Notes: a model not told the origin generated them from the letters alone. A DNA stretch of 64,000 nucleotides from an uncultured delta proteobacterium (GCA_963841435.1 CAWJCS010000003.1:416001-480000); one strand, 5' to 3'. Shown: positions 37,405-47,177, numbered from the stretch's first letter. Made by a program: numbers and translations.

Positions 37405-40164
37405 ATGCCGCTCCTCAGCTCGAGCATCGTCAAGCACCAGCTCGCGACAGTGCAGAAGGTCGAGGAGGCGCTCGCGCGCCAATCGGCCTACGGCGGCGAT
37501 CTGCTCACGAACCTGCTCGAGGTCGCGTCCCTGAGCGAGGAGCGGCTCGCCGGCGCGCTCGCCGACTCGTCCGGGCTCGAACCGGCGCCCATCGGCGAGC
37601 TGCCGCGACCCCCCGAGCGGATCCGGCGCCTGGTTCCCGCCGACGTTGCCGAGCGTTTCGCCTGCCATCCGCTCGAAGAGCGGGACGGTACGCTGACGCT
37701 TGCCGTGAGCGAGCCGCTGCCGACCGAGGTCGAGAGCGACCTCGGTTTCGCGCTCGGCGTCGGCATCGTGCAGCGCGTCGCACCGCTGGTGCGGGTCAAG
37801 CAGGCCGTGGCGCGCGACTACGGGCTCGAGCTCGACGAGCGCACCGCCTCGGCCCTCGCGCGACTCGAGGGGCGCGCGCTGCCGAGCCCGAGCGCGCGCC
37901 CCCGCGCGGAGCCGATTGTCGCCGGGCGACCCGCGACGGTCGCGCCCGCGCCGCACGAACGCGAGGCGGTGAAGCCCGCCGCCGCGGGCCCGGCGCCGAC
38001 GAGCCTGAAAGCCCTCATGAAAGCCGCGCGACCTTCGCAAGCGCGCCCGCGCCGCCTCGGCCCCTTCACGGCGGCCATGGCGGAGCACGACTTGCTCGAT
38101 GCGCCGACCCGCGACGACGTCTTGCGGGCGTTCTTCGACTTTTCCAAGCAATACTTCGACTACGCCGCCCTGTTCGCCGTTCATGCGGATCTGGCCGAGG
38201 GCCGCGACGCGCACGGCCCCGGTGCCCCCCGCGCCAAAGTGCAATCGATTGGCGTGCCGCTCGACCTGCCGGGCGTGCTCGCCACGGCCCGCGACGCGCA
38301 GAGTCACAAGCTCCAGCGGCTCGGCGGCGGGGGGCTCGACGGCGCGCTCGCGAAAGATCTCGAGCGCAGGCCGGGACCCCTCGCGCTGTTCTTGCCAGTG
38401 CGCGTTCGCGGCCGGACCATCTTGATTCTGTACGGCGATCACGGCGACCAAGACATCGACCTTTACGCCGTCGGCGACGTGATCTCGTTTGCCCCGCTCG
38501 TCTCGTCCGCGCTCGAGCGTCTCATCATGCAGCGCAAGCGCGGCAAGGCCGAGGCACACGCGCTCACGTCGCTCGTACCGCCACGCCGGCAGCATCCCGC
38601 GCTGCCCGGACCCGAAGAGCGCGCGCAGGCCCTGGTGTCCATGTTCGGTGGGCGGCCGCGTGGAGCGCCGTCGTCGATCCCTCCCGAGGTCGACTCCGCG
38701 CCAGCGCCGGCCTCGCCGACGCCGCCCGATCAGACGCCCGCACCCGTAGCGGCCGAAACCTCGGCTTCGGAGGCCGCCTCGCTCGCTCGGCCGAGCGAAT
38801 CGCCCGCACCGCCATCACGCGGTGTGCGGCCCCTCGCTCCGACGCTCGGCAGCGATCGGCCGCGCGACAGCACCCCACCGCGCTCGATCGCCGAAGCGCT
38901 CGCACGTCCCGTGATCCCCGTCGGCCCGCGGCCGTCGGAAGCGCCAACCGATCCGGCAGCGTCCTCCGCTCCGGTGGCGCGCCGTTTCGCCTCCGTGCCG
39001 CCCTCGGTCGTCGACGCCGGATGGGAAGCGCTCGCGGGCTTCGCAAGCCGCGAGGGCGGCACGCGACCCGGCGTCGGCAGTGGTCGCGCGGCAACCCCCA
39101 AGCCACCACCGAGCGAGGACGACTCGCCGGACGTCTCCTTCCAAGCCGCGGCGAGGGACGAAGTGCTCGAGGCGCTCGCCGCCGACGAGGCGTCGGGCGT
39201 GCAAGCTATGCCCGGCTCGCGCACCGCCGCGCACAGTGCACGACCCTTGCCGGCGCGTAGCGCGCCGCTCCACGGGGCCCTGCCGACGGTGATCGTCGAT
39301 GGCAGCGCCGATTTCGCGCTGCTCATCGAGCAGCTCCGCGCCGGCGACGCCAGCGCAAGCGACAAGCTCGTCGAGGCGGGCACGCGCGCGATTTCGGCCC
39401 TCGCGGCCGCGTTCCCGGGCCCCATCGAGGCCCCCTCGTCGCGTCGCGGCAACGCCGGGATGCCCCGCGCATCCGAGTGCGGCCCCGTGCTCAAGACCCT
39501 CGTGCGCATCGGTGCCCCCGCCGTGCCGTTCGTCGTGGTGCGCACCAACGACGCCGACCCCACGATCCGCGGCTTCGCGACGCGCGTGCTCGGCGAGATC
39601 CCTTCGACCGACAGCTCGCGCGCCATCGCACGCCGCTTCTTCGATGCCGACATGGACGTGCGTCGCGCGGCGCTGACCGCCGCACGGCTCCTGTCGAGCT
39701 CGCCGGACGCGACGAGCGCGCTCGTCGCCGAGCTCGGGCTCACGGCGGAAGATCGCATGAAGCCGACGACCGTGCGCCTCACGTCGATGGAGGTGCTCGC
39801 GGACCTCAGGCAAGCGCAGGCTGTGCCGTATCTCGTCATGGCACTCGAGGACAACCCGGTGGACATCGTGCAGGCGGCGCGGCGCGCGTTGGTGACGCTC
39901 ACGCGCAACGACTTCGGCATCGACCCCTTGCGCTGGAGCGAGTGGTGGCGTGCAAACTCCAAGCGCCACCGCATCGAGTGGCTGATCGACGCGCTGACTC
40001 ACGAATCGCGCGACCTGAGGCGCGCCGCCGGCGAGGAGCTGAAAGGGCAGACCCGCGAGTACTTCGGCTACTACGACGATCTGCCCCCACTGGAGCGCCG
40101 GCAGGCGCAGGACCAGTACCGCGAGTGGTGGGAAACGCGCGGCAAGGGCCGTTTCAGAAGCTGA
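37405..40164 (+). CDS. T2SSE_N/MshEN-like N-terminus, GAF-like middle, Pro-rich linker, HEAT repeats
   Basis: VEEALARQ..YGGDLLTNLLE...RLVPADVAERFACHPL..DGTLTLAVSEPL. C-terminal helical repeats (ALEDNPVDIVQAARRAL, WSEWW). Confidence 0.75.
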   Translation: MPLLSSSIVKHQLATVQKVEEALARQSAYGGDLLTNLLEVASLSEERLAGALADSSGLEPAPIGELPRPPERIRRLVPADVAERFACHPLEERDGTLTLAVSEPLPTEVESDLGFALGVGIVQRVAPLVRVKQAVARDYGLELDERTASALARLEGRALPSPSARPRAEPIVAGRPATVAPAPHEREAVKPAAAGPAPTSLKALMKAARPSQARPRRLGPFTAAMAEHDLLDAPTRDDVLRAFFDFSKQYFDYAALFAVHADLAEGRDAHGPGAPRAKVQSIGVPLDLPGVLATARDAQSHKLQRLGGGGLDGALAKDLERRPGPLALFLPVRVRGRTILILYGDHGDQDIDLYAVGDVISFAPLVSSALERLIMQRKRGKAEAHALTSLVPPRRQHPALPGPEERAQALVSMFGGRPRGAPSSIPPEVDSAPAPASPTPPDQTPAPVAAETSASEAASLARPSESPAPPSRGVRPLAPTLGSDRPRDSTPPRSIAEALARPVIPVGPRPSEAPTDPAASSAPVARRFASVPPSVVDAGWEALAGFASREGGTRPGVGSGRAATPKPPPSEDDSPDVSFQAAARDEVLEALAADEASGVQAMPGSRTAAHSARPLPARSAPLHGALPTVIVDGSADFALLIEQLRAGDASASDKLVEAGTRAISALAAAFPGPIEAPSSRRGNAGMPRASECGPVLKTLVRIGAPAVPFVVVRTNDADPTIRGFATRVLGEIPSTDSSRAIARRFFDADMDVRRAALTAARLLSSSPDATSALVAELGLTAEDRMKPTTVRLTSMEVLADLRQAQAVPYLVMALEDNPVDIVQAARRALVTLTRNDFGIDPLRWSEWWRANSKRHRIEWLIDALTHESRDLRRAAGEELKGQTREYFGYYDDLPPLERRQAQDQYREWWETRGKGRFRS

Positions 40165-40275
40165 AAGCCCGAGCGCCGTCCCGAAGGCGACGGAAAACCC
40201 ACCTGAACGCGGGTTCGGTGGACTGAAAGACCCCTCGACAGCGTCGCCGGACCCGTGGGAAAACGGCGGCCCTTC

Positions 40276-40479
40276 ATGGCAGCGGAGCCCGACAGCGAAT
40301 TCTCGGCTTTGCGCGCGGCGAACCTCGCGTTCAACGGGCGTAGGAAAGGCAGCGTCTCGACGCTTGCCTCGATCGAGCTCAAGTCGAGCGATCCACGCGC
40401 CAGCGTGTGGGAGGTTGCCGCGATGGCCTCCGTCGGGCTACTCGCCGCGCTCGTCGTCGTCGGCGTCTGGCTGCTCTGA
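40276..40479 (+). CDS. Possible small membrane protein
   Basis: 67-codon ORF ending in a hydrophobic helix. Fills the gap between two genes, no recognisable family. Confidence 0.35.
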   Translation: MAAEPDSEFSALRAANLAFNGRRKGSVSTLASIELKSSDPRASVWEVAAMASVGLLAALVVVGVWLL

Positions 40480-40503
40480 AAAGAGCGCCGGGCGGGGCGC
40501 GTT

Positions 40504-41010
40504 CTACTCGCCCTTCTTGCCGGGGCCGCTCTTCTTGCTGCCGGTGAGATTAACGTCCCACTCCACGGTGTGCTCTTCGCCGTTGTAGGCGGGGACGATG
40601 ACGCTGCCCATCGCGCGTAGCACGCACTTGCCGACGGCCTTGTCCTCGTACTCCGTGCCGATCTTCGCGTCCTTCACGTGACCGTCGTTGGCGAACACGA
40701 GCGTGACGGTCGCCGTGCCCTTCGGGCCCTTTTCGGTGACGGAATCGGGGCACGTTTCGGCGGAGCGACCCGCACGGCGCAGCTCGAGGTCGGCCTGCTT
40801 GTCGTCCCACTCGCGCTTCTTTTCGTCCTCGGTCGTCGTCGGCTCGTCGTAAGCGCCTCCCCGCTTCTTCTCCTCGGCGATCTGTTGGGCGCCTTGTTTC
40901 TCCTGCTCGGCGAGCCACTGGTCCGGGGACTTCACGTCCTGGTGCTCGTCGACCCCACAGGCACCGAGGAGTAGACAGAGGCCGATGGCACTCACGATGG
41001 AACGCGTCAT
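40504..41010 (-). CDS. Lipoprotein with TonB-C-like (AgmX/PglI-type) C-terminal domain
   Basis: LLLGAC lipobox, C...GPKGTATVTLVFANDGHVK..AVGKCVLRAM..VIVPAYNG. Confidence 0.75.
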   Translation of the reverse strand: MTRSIVSAIGLCLLLGACGVDEHQDVKSPDQWLAEQEKQGAQQIAEEKKRGGAYDEPTTTEDEKKREWDDKQADLELRRAGRSAETCPDSVTEKGPKGTATVTLVFANDGHVKDAKIGTEYEDKAVGKCVLRAMGSVIVPAYNGEEHTVEWDVNLTGSKKSGPGKKGE

Positions 41011-41086
41011 GGCGCGCAGCCTAGCGAAGGACAGGCAGGTCTTCAAATGCGACACGCGAGCGCTCCATCGGCGTCGGTCAGCTCCA

Positions 41087-41152
41087 AATAATTGTAATGT
41101 CTATGGATTCATTTTTAAATTGACTTAGTCTATAGGCAGGGTTCACTTATCA
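41087..41152. promoter_or_regulatory. AT-rich divergent promoter region with TTGACT and two GTCTAT boxes
   Basis: Strongly AT-rich against the GC-rich background. TTGACT at 41120, GTCTAT at 41099 and 41128. Confidence 0.55.
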
Positions 41153-41155
41153 GGA

Positions 41156-42628
41156 ATGCGCTGCCGACCATCGAGCACCCAACGCGCGTCGATTCGCCTC
41201 TTGGTGGCCGGTGTTGCGGTCGCCCTCGTCGCAAAATCGGGGCTCGCACAGGAGCTAGCGACCGAAGCGACGCCCCCCGAGCCGGCGGCGCGGGGCGCCA
41301 AGGTGGCGAGCCCCTCCCCGGCAGCCGCACCCGCGGCGCTGCCGGCAACCGGCGCCCCGGCGCTACCGCCCGCGGGTGCGACAGCTGCGCCGACCGCGTC
41401 AGTACCCCCAGCGGAGGGGCCGGCGATCCTGCGGTCGCCACGCGCGCCCGCCACGCCGTTTTCAAACCGCGCCCCCGCGGCGCGCGACGCGGCCTTCGGA
41501 GCGAAGGCGCCAAAGCTCGAGATCGCTTCGGAGGACGGGGCGCATCGCGTCGCGTTCTCGGCGCTCGTGCAGAGTGACGCGCGGCTGTTCCTCGCTGATT
41601 CCGGCAGGAGCGCGTTCGCCATTCGGCGCGCGCGGCCCATCCTCGACGCGCGCGTCTACCGGTACTTCGAGCTCAAGCTCCAGGCGGACTTCTCGAACGG
41701 CAAGCCCACGCTGTTCGACGCCTACGGCAACGTCCATTTCCTCGACGAGATCCAGCTCCTCGCGGGCAAGGCGCGCACCCCCGTGGGCCTCGAGCGGCTC
41801 CAGTCCGCGCGCGACCTCAGCTTCGCCGAGCGCAGCTTTGCGACGGCGCTCGTTCCGAACCGCGACATCGGCGTCAAGCTCTACGGGACACTCCTCGGCG
41901 GAACCGTGGAATGGGCGGCGTCGGTGACCAACGGCGTCCCGAACGGCCAGAGTGCCGACGCCGACACGAACGACGCGAAAAACGTCGCGGCTCGCCTCTT
42001 CGTCTTGCCCTTCCGGCCGCTCGAGGTTGCCGCGCTCGAGGGGCTCGGGCTCGGATTTTCCGTGCTGACAGGCAACGAGCAGGGACCGCTGCCAAGCTAC
42101 TTTTCGTCGGGCCTTCAGCCGTACTTTAGCTACCTCGCGTCTGCGACGGCGCTCGGCCGCCGCACGCTGTTCTCGCCGCAGGGCTACTACTACTTCGGGC
42201 CGCTCGGCGTGATGTCGGAGCTCGTGAGGGTGCGCGAGCACATCGTGGGCCCGGCGACGAGCGCCACCGTGGGCACCACGGCTTTCCAGGTGGCAGGCTC
42301 GTTCGTGCTCGGCGGCAAGCCGGGCTACAAGGGCGTCGTCGTCGAGCACGCGCTCGATCCGGAGCACGGCGGCTTCGGCGCGCTTTCGCTCGACGCACGC
42401 TACCACACGCTACGCGCAGGCAACCTCGCGTTCACTCCCGGTTTCGCCGATCCGGACGTGTCGGCACAGCTCGCACGCGCCTTCACGCTCGGCATGACGT
42501 GGCACCTCGCGAGCGGTCAGAAAGCGCTCGTGGACTACGAGCGCGCGAGCTTCCGCGGCGGCGCTCCGAACGGCGGCAATCGCCCCGCGGAACAGATCGT
42601 CGTCGCGCGGCTACAAGCCTCGCTCTGA
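41156..42628 (+). CDS. OprO/OprP family anion-selective porin
   Basis: FAIRRARPIL, LFDAY, GKARTPVGLERLQS, LVPNRDIGV, PQGYYYFGPLG, and C-terminal ARLQASL strand. Confidence 0.88.
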   Translation: MRCRPSSTQRASIRLLVAGVAVALVAKSGLAQELATEATPPEPAARGAKVASPSPAAAPAALPATGAPALPPAGATAAPTASVPPAEGPAILRSPRAPATPFSNRAPAARDAAFGAKAPKLEIASEDGAHRVAFSALVQSDARLFLADSGRSAFAIRRARPILDARVYRYFELKLQADFSNGKPTLFDAYGNVHFLDEIQLLAGKARTPVGLERLQSARDLSFAERSFATALVPNRDIGVKLYGTLLGGTVEWAASVTNGVPNGQSADADTNDAKNVAARLFVLPFRPLEVAALEGLGLGFSVLTGNEQGPLPSYFSSGLQPYFSYLASATALGRRTLFSPQGYYYFGPLGVMSELVRVREHIVGPATSATVGTTAFQVAGSFVLGGKPGYKGVVVEHALDPEHGGFGALSLDARYHTLRAGNLAFTPGFADPDVSAQLARAFTLGMTWHLASGQKALVDYERASFRGGAPNGGNRPAEQIVVARLQASL

Positions 42629-42706
42629 GGGCGACCGTGCCGAGGCTCGGTGGCACCCGCGCCTTCACCCCGAGAGCGTCGGCGCGAGCAGGCGACGGCC
42701 GCAGGC

Positions 42707-44068
42707 TCAGAGATCGGTGATCAGGTAGTCCTTGATCTTGTAGAGCAGCGCCCGGTGGCTGATCTCGAGGATCTCGGCGGCGCGCGTGCGGTTGCCCTTG
42801 GTCTTCTGCAGGGCGCGGCGAATCAGGATTTCCTCGATGATGCGCATGGTCTTCTTCACGCTGAGCTCGCCGCTCGCGAGCTGCATTTGCACGGGATCGC
42901 GTGCTTCGCGCACGCGCTCCGGCAGGTCCACCGCCGTGATCACTTCGCCTTCGGTCAGCACCATGGCGCGCTCGACGGTGTTCTCGAGCTCGCGCACGTT
43001 GCCGGGCCAGGCGTACTCGTAGAGCAGACGGCGCGCCTCGGTGTCGAGCCCGCGGATGCTCGTGCCGAGCCGTGCATTGTTGCGCGCCAAAAAATGGTCG
43101 ATGAGCAGCGGGATGTCCTCCCGACGCTCGCGGAGCGCGGGGCAATGAATGAGGAGCACGTTGAGGCGATAGAAGAGATCCTCGCGGAAGCGGCCCGCCT
43201 TCGTCTCCGCCGGGAGGTCGCGGTGCGTCGCCGTGACGATACGCACGTCAACCTGCGTGTCACGCGTATCGCCGAGGCGCCGGATCTTCTCGTCCTCGAG
43301 CACGCGGAGCAGCTTCACCTGCAGTCCCAGTGGCAGCTCGCCGATCTCGTCGAGGAACAGTGTGCCGCAAGTTGCCTCCTCGAAGAGCCCCCGGCGGTCC
43401 TGCACGGCGTCGGTGAAGGCGCCCTTCTTGTGCCCGAAGAGCTCGCTTTCGAGCAGGTTCTCGGGGATGGCGCCACAGTTGACGGCCACGAACGGCCCGC
43501 TGCGCTTGCTGCGGCGGTGGATGGCCCGCGCCACGAGCTCCTTGCCGGCGCCGCTCTCGCCCGTGATGAGCACGGTCGTCTTGTATTCGGCGATCTTCGC
43601 GATCGTGCGAAAGATGTCCTGCATCTTCGCGCTCTTCGCGAGGATGTCTTCGAAGCGGTGCTCCTTTCGGATCTCGTCCTTGAGCGCACGATTTTCGCGC
43701 CGCAGCGCCTCGCGCTCTTCGGCCTTCTTGAGCGCGAGCACGACCTCGTCCGGCTTGAACGGTTTCTGGACGTAGTCGTAGGCACCGGCCTTGATGGCCT
43801 CGAGCGCGAGATCCATGTTGCCGTACGCGCTCATGACGATCACGGTCGCCTCGTTGCGCTTGGCCTTGAGGGTCGCGAGCAGGTCGAGACCGCCCATCTT
43901 GGGCATGCGGACGTCCGTGAGCACGACGTCGGGCCCGAACGAATCGACGAGCGCGAGGGCGTCCTCGCCGGTCGCCGCCGTCTCGACCTCGTAGCCGTGC
44001 CGCTTGAGCAACGTGCGGAGCACGAGGCGCAAGTTCTCCTCGTCGTCGACCACGAGCACCCGGCGCAC
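42707..44068 (-). CDS. Sigma54-dependent response regulator (NtrC/AtoC family)
   Basis: VLVVDDE, DVRMP, KP, GESGAGKE, GAFTDA, WPGNVRELEN, GNRTRAAEILEIS. Confidence 0.95.
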   Translation of the reverse strand: MRRVLVVDDEENLRLVLRTLLKRHGYEVETAATGEDALALVDSFGPDVVLTDVRMPKMGGLDLLATLKAKRNEATVIVMSAYGNMDLALEAIKAGAYDYVQKPFKPDEVVLALKKAEEREALRRENRALKDEIRKEHRFEDILAKSAKMQDIFRTIAKIAEYKTTVLITGESGAGKELVARAIHRRSKRSGPFVAVNCGAIPENLLESELFGHKKGAFTDAVQDRRGLFEEATCGTLFLDEIGELPLGLQVKLLRVLEDEKIRRLGDTRDTQVDVRIVTATHRDLPAETKAGRFREDLFYRLNVLLIHCPALRERREDIPLLIDHFLARNNARLGTSIRGLDTEARRLLYEYAWPGNVRELENTVERAMVLTEGEVITAVDLPERVREARDPVQMQLASGELSVKKTMRIIEEILIRRALQKTKGNRTRAAEILEISHRALLYKIKDYLITDL

Positions 44069-44171
44069 TGTGCAAAAAATGCTACCAGAGGGGGCCTGGG
44101 TGCGCAACATTTTCTAGCCCCCCCGGACCGCTTCGAAAAGCGGCTGACTTATGGCACTAGTGCAAGCCGTC

Positions 44172-45389
44172 ATGCTTGCCGGAGTCGATCAGCTGCAGGG
44201 TGGACCGCTCTCGACGCTCAGAAAGCGCCTACGCGACGCGCGCGTCGGCGTGCTCACGCACGCCGCGAGCACCGACCGTCGCGGACAGCACGTGCTTGCC
44301 GTGCTCGCCGAGCTCGGCGCATCGGTGCGCGTCGTGTTCGCGCCCGAGCACGGGCTCGACGCGGACGCCCAAGCCGAGGAGGCCGTCGCCACCGTGAGCG
44401 AGAGCGCGAACGAACGGCCGCCCGTCATCAGCCTGTATGGCAAGACGCGCGAGGAGCTCACGCCCACCCCCGAAAAGCTCGCCGAGATCGACCTGCTCGT
44501 CATCGACCTGTGCGACGTGGGCGCGCGCTACTACACGTACGCGTGGACGGCGCTGCTCGCAGCGCGCGCCGCGCGGCAAGCGAACGTGCACACCGTCGTG
44601 CTCGATCGGCCAAACCCGATCTCCGGTGACCCTGCGACGCTCGAAGGAGCGCCGCAGGACCCCGAGTTCCTGTCGTTCGTCGGCCTCGAACCGCTGCCGA
44701 TCCGGCATGCGCTCACGCTGGGCGAAATCCTCGCGCTGTTCGAGGAGCGCGACGGCGCCGCGCTCGGCGCCGAGGGGTCGCTGTCCGTCGTGCCGACGCT
44801 CGGCTGGGAGCGGCACCGCACGGCGGCCGCGTGGGGACGGCCGTTCATCATGCCGAGCCCGAACATGCCGACGCTCGAGACGGCGCTCGTGTACCCCGGC
44901 GGCTGCCTCGTCGAGGGGACGAACCTTTCGGAGGGGCGCGGCACGACGGCGCCATTCCAGCTCGTGGGCGCGCCGTTCATCGACGGCGAAGCGCTCTGCC
45001 GCTCGCTGCTCGAGCTCGGGGCGCCCGGCGTGCTCATCCGCCCGGCGACGTTCCGTCCGATGTTCGACAAGCACGCCGGACAGCGCTGCCGCGGCGTCAT
45101 GCTACACGTCACCAACCCTGCCCTCTTCCGCCCCGTGGCGACGTACCTCGCGCTCATCGCGGTCGCGCGCGCGCAGGCGCCCGAGTCGTTCGAGTTTCGC
45201 GCGACGCCCTACGAGTTCGAAACCACGCGGCCCGCGTTCGACCTTCTCACGGGCTCGGCGCGTGCGCGCGAGGCCTTGCTCGCCGGCGCCGGACCCGAGG
45301 ACGTAGCGCGCCTCGTCGCGCCGCTCGATCCCGTCCTGTGCGACCGCGTGCTCGAAGCCGAAGACCGCCTGACGCGGGCGCACGCCTAG
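44172..45389 (+). CDS. namZ: Exo-beta-N-acetylmuramidase NamZ family (DUF1343)
   Basis: FAPEHG, ISLYG, DLCDVGARYYTY, LDRPNP, PSPNMPT..TALVYPG.CLVEGTNLSEGRGTT.PF. Confidence 0.88.
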   Translation: MLAGVDQLQGGPLSTLRKRLRDARVGVLTHAASTDRRGQHVLAVLAELGASVRVVFAPEHGLDADAQAEEAVATVSESANERPPVISLYGKTREELTPTPEKLAEIDLLVIDLCDVGARYYTYAWTALLAARAARQANVHTVVLDRPNPISGDPATLEGAPQDPEFLSFVGLEPLPIRHALTLGEILALFEERDGAALGAEGSLSVVPTLGWERHRTAAAWGRPFIMPSPNMPTLETALVYPGGCLVEGTNLSEGRGTTAPFQLVGAPFIDGEALCRSLLELGAPGVLIRPATFRPMFDKHAGQRCRGVMLHVTNPALFRPVATYLALIAVARAQAPESFEFRATPYEFETTRPAFDLLTGSARAREALLAGAGPEDVARLVAPLDPVLCDRVLEAEDRLTRAHA

Positions 45390-45470
45390 CTGAACGGCGA
45401 CGCACGCCTAGCTGAACGGCGACGCACGCGGACGCACGCGGACGCACGCGAGCCGCACGCGAGCCGCACG
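45379..45470. repeat. Composite tandem repeat built on a CGCACG core
   Basis: 22-bp unit x2, 10-bp unit x2, 11-bp unit x2, then a final CGCACG. Overlaps the namZ stop. Confidence 0.9.
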
Positions 45471-45620
45471 GGCGACCGGCGATGCCGATTTGCGCCCCCG
45501 CGGCGGCGCCAGCCGACGCTTTTCGGGCGCCCGCGCCCGCGCCCGGAGGCCGAGGACGCGGGTCGTTTGGCGCGCCACCGGGCGGGGGCAGCGCTGCCCG
45601 GAACGGGTTCGTGGGGAGCG

Positions 45621-46994
45621 CTATGCGCGCATCGCCGCTTCAACGTCGGCGGGGGTCTTCGGGATGGCTCGGGTGAGCACGTCAGCGCCCGTTTCGGTGA
45701 CGAGCACGTCGTCTTCGATGCGAATGCCGCGCACGTCGGAAAAGCGCGCGAGCACGTTGCGATCGAGCGCGGGCTCGAGGTCGCCGACCTCCTCGGGGCG
45801 CTCGAGGAGGTACGGGATGCGATAAAAGCCTGGCTCGATGGTGACGATCATGCCGGGCTCGAGGTCGCGGTCGAGGCGGAGGTAGCGGTCGCCGAAGCTC
45901 TTCTGGCGCGTGCGGCCGGGCGCGTAGCCGGCGCGGTCGCCGAGGTCTTCCATGTCGTGCACGTCGAGGCCGAGCAGGTGGCCGACGCCGTGCGGGAAGA
46001 ACAGCGCCGCGGCACCGCGGGCGTAGAGGTCGTCGACGTCGCCCTTGAAGATGCCGAGCGCGACGAGCCCTTCGAGGAGGCGTCGACCCGCGGCGCGGTG
46101 CACGTCGAGGTAGCGCACGCCGGGTGCGACGCGCTCGATGGCGGCGGTCTGCGCGGCGAGGACCGCCTCGTAGGCGGCCCGCTGGGTGCCGGAGTAGCTG
46201 CCGGTGACGGGCCAGGTGCGCGTCACGTCGCTCGCCCAGCCTTCGGGCGCTTCGGCGCCCACGTCGGCGAGCAGGAGGTCGCCGCGTTCGAGGGTGCGGT
46301 CGTGGCGCCCGTCGTGCAGCACCTCGCCATGGCGCGTGACGATGGGCTGGTAGGCGTGGGTGCAGCCTGCGGCGACGATCTCGGCGTCCATGGCGGCGAG
46401 CACGGCGGCCTCGCGCAGGCCGGGCCGCGTGGCGCGCATGCCGGCTCGGTGTGCGCGCTCGGTGACGCCCGCGGCGGCGCGCACCTGCGCGATGGCGGCG
46501 GCGTCGTGCACGAGGCGAAGCTGGATCATGACGTCGGCAAGGTCGCGATCGGAGCCCTCGAGCTCCGGCCCCGAGCCCGGCACGATGTCCCGCCCGAGCA
46601 GCGCGCTCTGCAGGTACGCGCTGTCACCGTCCTGTGCGGGCAGCGTCGCGACCTCGGGGCCCACGTCGATCTCGTCGATGGGCCGCGTCTCGATGCCGAG
46701 CTCGGCGGAGAGGTCTTCGAGCGATGGCTCGGGGCCGCTCCACAGGGCTTCCTCGGGGTCTGGTGGATGAGCGTAGAGGACGGCCCCCTCGGGATGGACG
46801 AGCAGCGCCGCGCCTTCGAGCTGACGGCCGACGAGGTAGAGAAAGTGGCTCTCCGCGCGGAAGGGGTACGGATTGCCGGCGTAGTTGCGCGGCTTCGCGA
46901 CCCCCGAGACGAACAGGGCGGGGCCAGCGAGCCGCGCTTGCAGGCGTTTCCGGCGCTCGGAGAAAGCTTCGTTGGGGCTCGGCTCGGGCCACAT
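45621..46994 (-). CDS. Xaa-Pro aminopeptidase / prolidase (M24B)
   Basis: YPFRAESHFLYL, LLLADVGAE...ASDVTRTWP, FFPHGVGHLLGLDVHD, VTIEPGFY, GIRIEDDVLVT. Confidence 0.93.
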   Translation of the reverse strand: MWPEPSPNEAFSERRKRLQARLAGPALFVSGVAKPRNYAGNPYPFRAESHFLYLVGRQLEGAALLVHPEGAVLYAHPPDPEEALWSGPEPSLEDLSAELGIETRPIDEIDVGPEVATLPAQDGDSAYLQSALLGRDIVPGSGPELEGSDRDLADVMIQLRLVHDAAAIAQVRAAAGVTERAHRAGMRATRPGLREAAVLAAMDAEIVAAGCTHAYQPIVTRHGEVLHDGRHDRTLERGDLLLADVGAEAPEGWASDVTRTWPVTGSYSGTQRAAYEAVLAAQTAAIERVAPGVRYLDVHRAAGRRLLEGLVALGIFKGDVDDLYARGAAALFFPHGVGHLLGLDVHDMEDLGDRAGYAPGRTRQKSFGDRYLRLDRDLEPGMIVTIEPGFYRIPYLLERPEEVGDLEPALDRNVLARFSDVRGIRIEDDVLVTETGADVLTRAIPKTPADVEAAMRA

Positions 46995-47084
46995 GGTGCG
47001 GGGTGCCGGCGCGCCACGCTCCGTGGCACCGTTGGGCCTTCCGGCGCCGGTAGCGTAGCAGATAGACTCCGCGCAAAGCCTGCC

Positions 47085-47112
47085 GGAAACCCTCCGGCCC
47101 CGGCCACCGTAA
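47085..47112 (+). promoter_or_regulatory. Candidate ECF-sigma promoter of the MNIO cluster
   Basis: GGAAAC-N17-CGTAA, 65 nt upstream of the precursor ATG. Confidence 0.45.
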
Positions 47113-47177
47113 GCGTCCGGCCGTCGCCTCGGGCGGCGGCACGGTTCTGGAACCAATAAAGGAAGGGAAGCAACAAC

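Noticed and set aside
40161-40250. Riboswitch or ncRNA (two hairpins, repeated ctgaaag), considered as a c-di-AMP riboswitch because cdaA is in the window
   Set aside because: The hairpins are real (40176-40193, 40199-40221) but I cannot match the ydaO consensus. An Infernal/Rfam scan would be needed.
45379-45470. CRISPR array
   Set aside because: Units are directly adjacent with no unique spacers, and no cas genes are present.
42650-47159. Long ORFs 42650-44629 and 45567-47159 on the plus strand
   Set aside because: Largely antisense shadows of the NtrC-type regulator and the M24B peptidase, with no motifs of their own.
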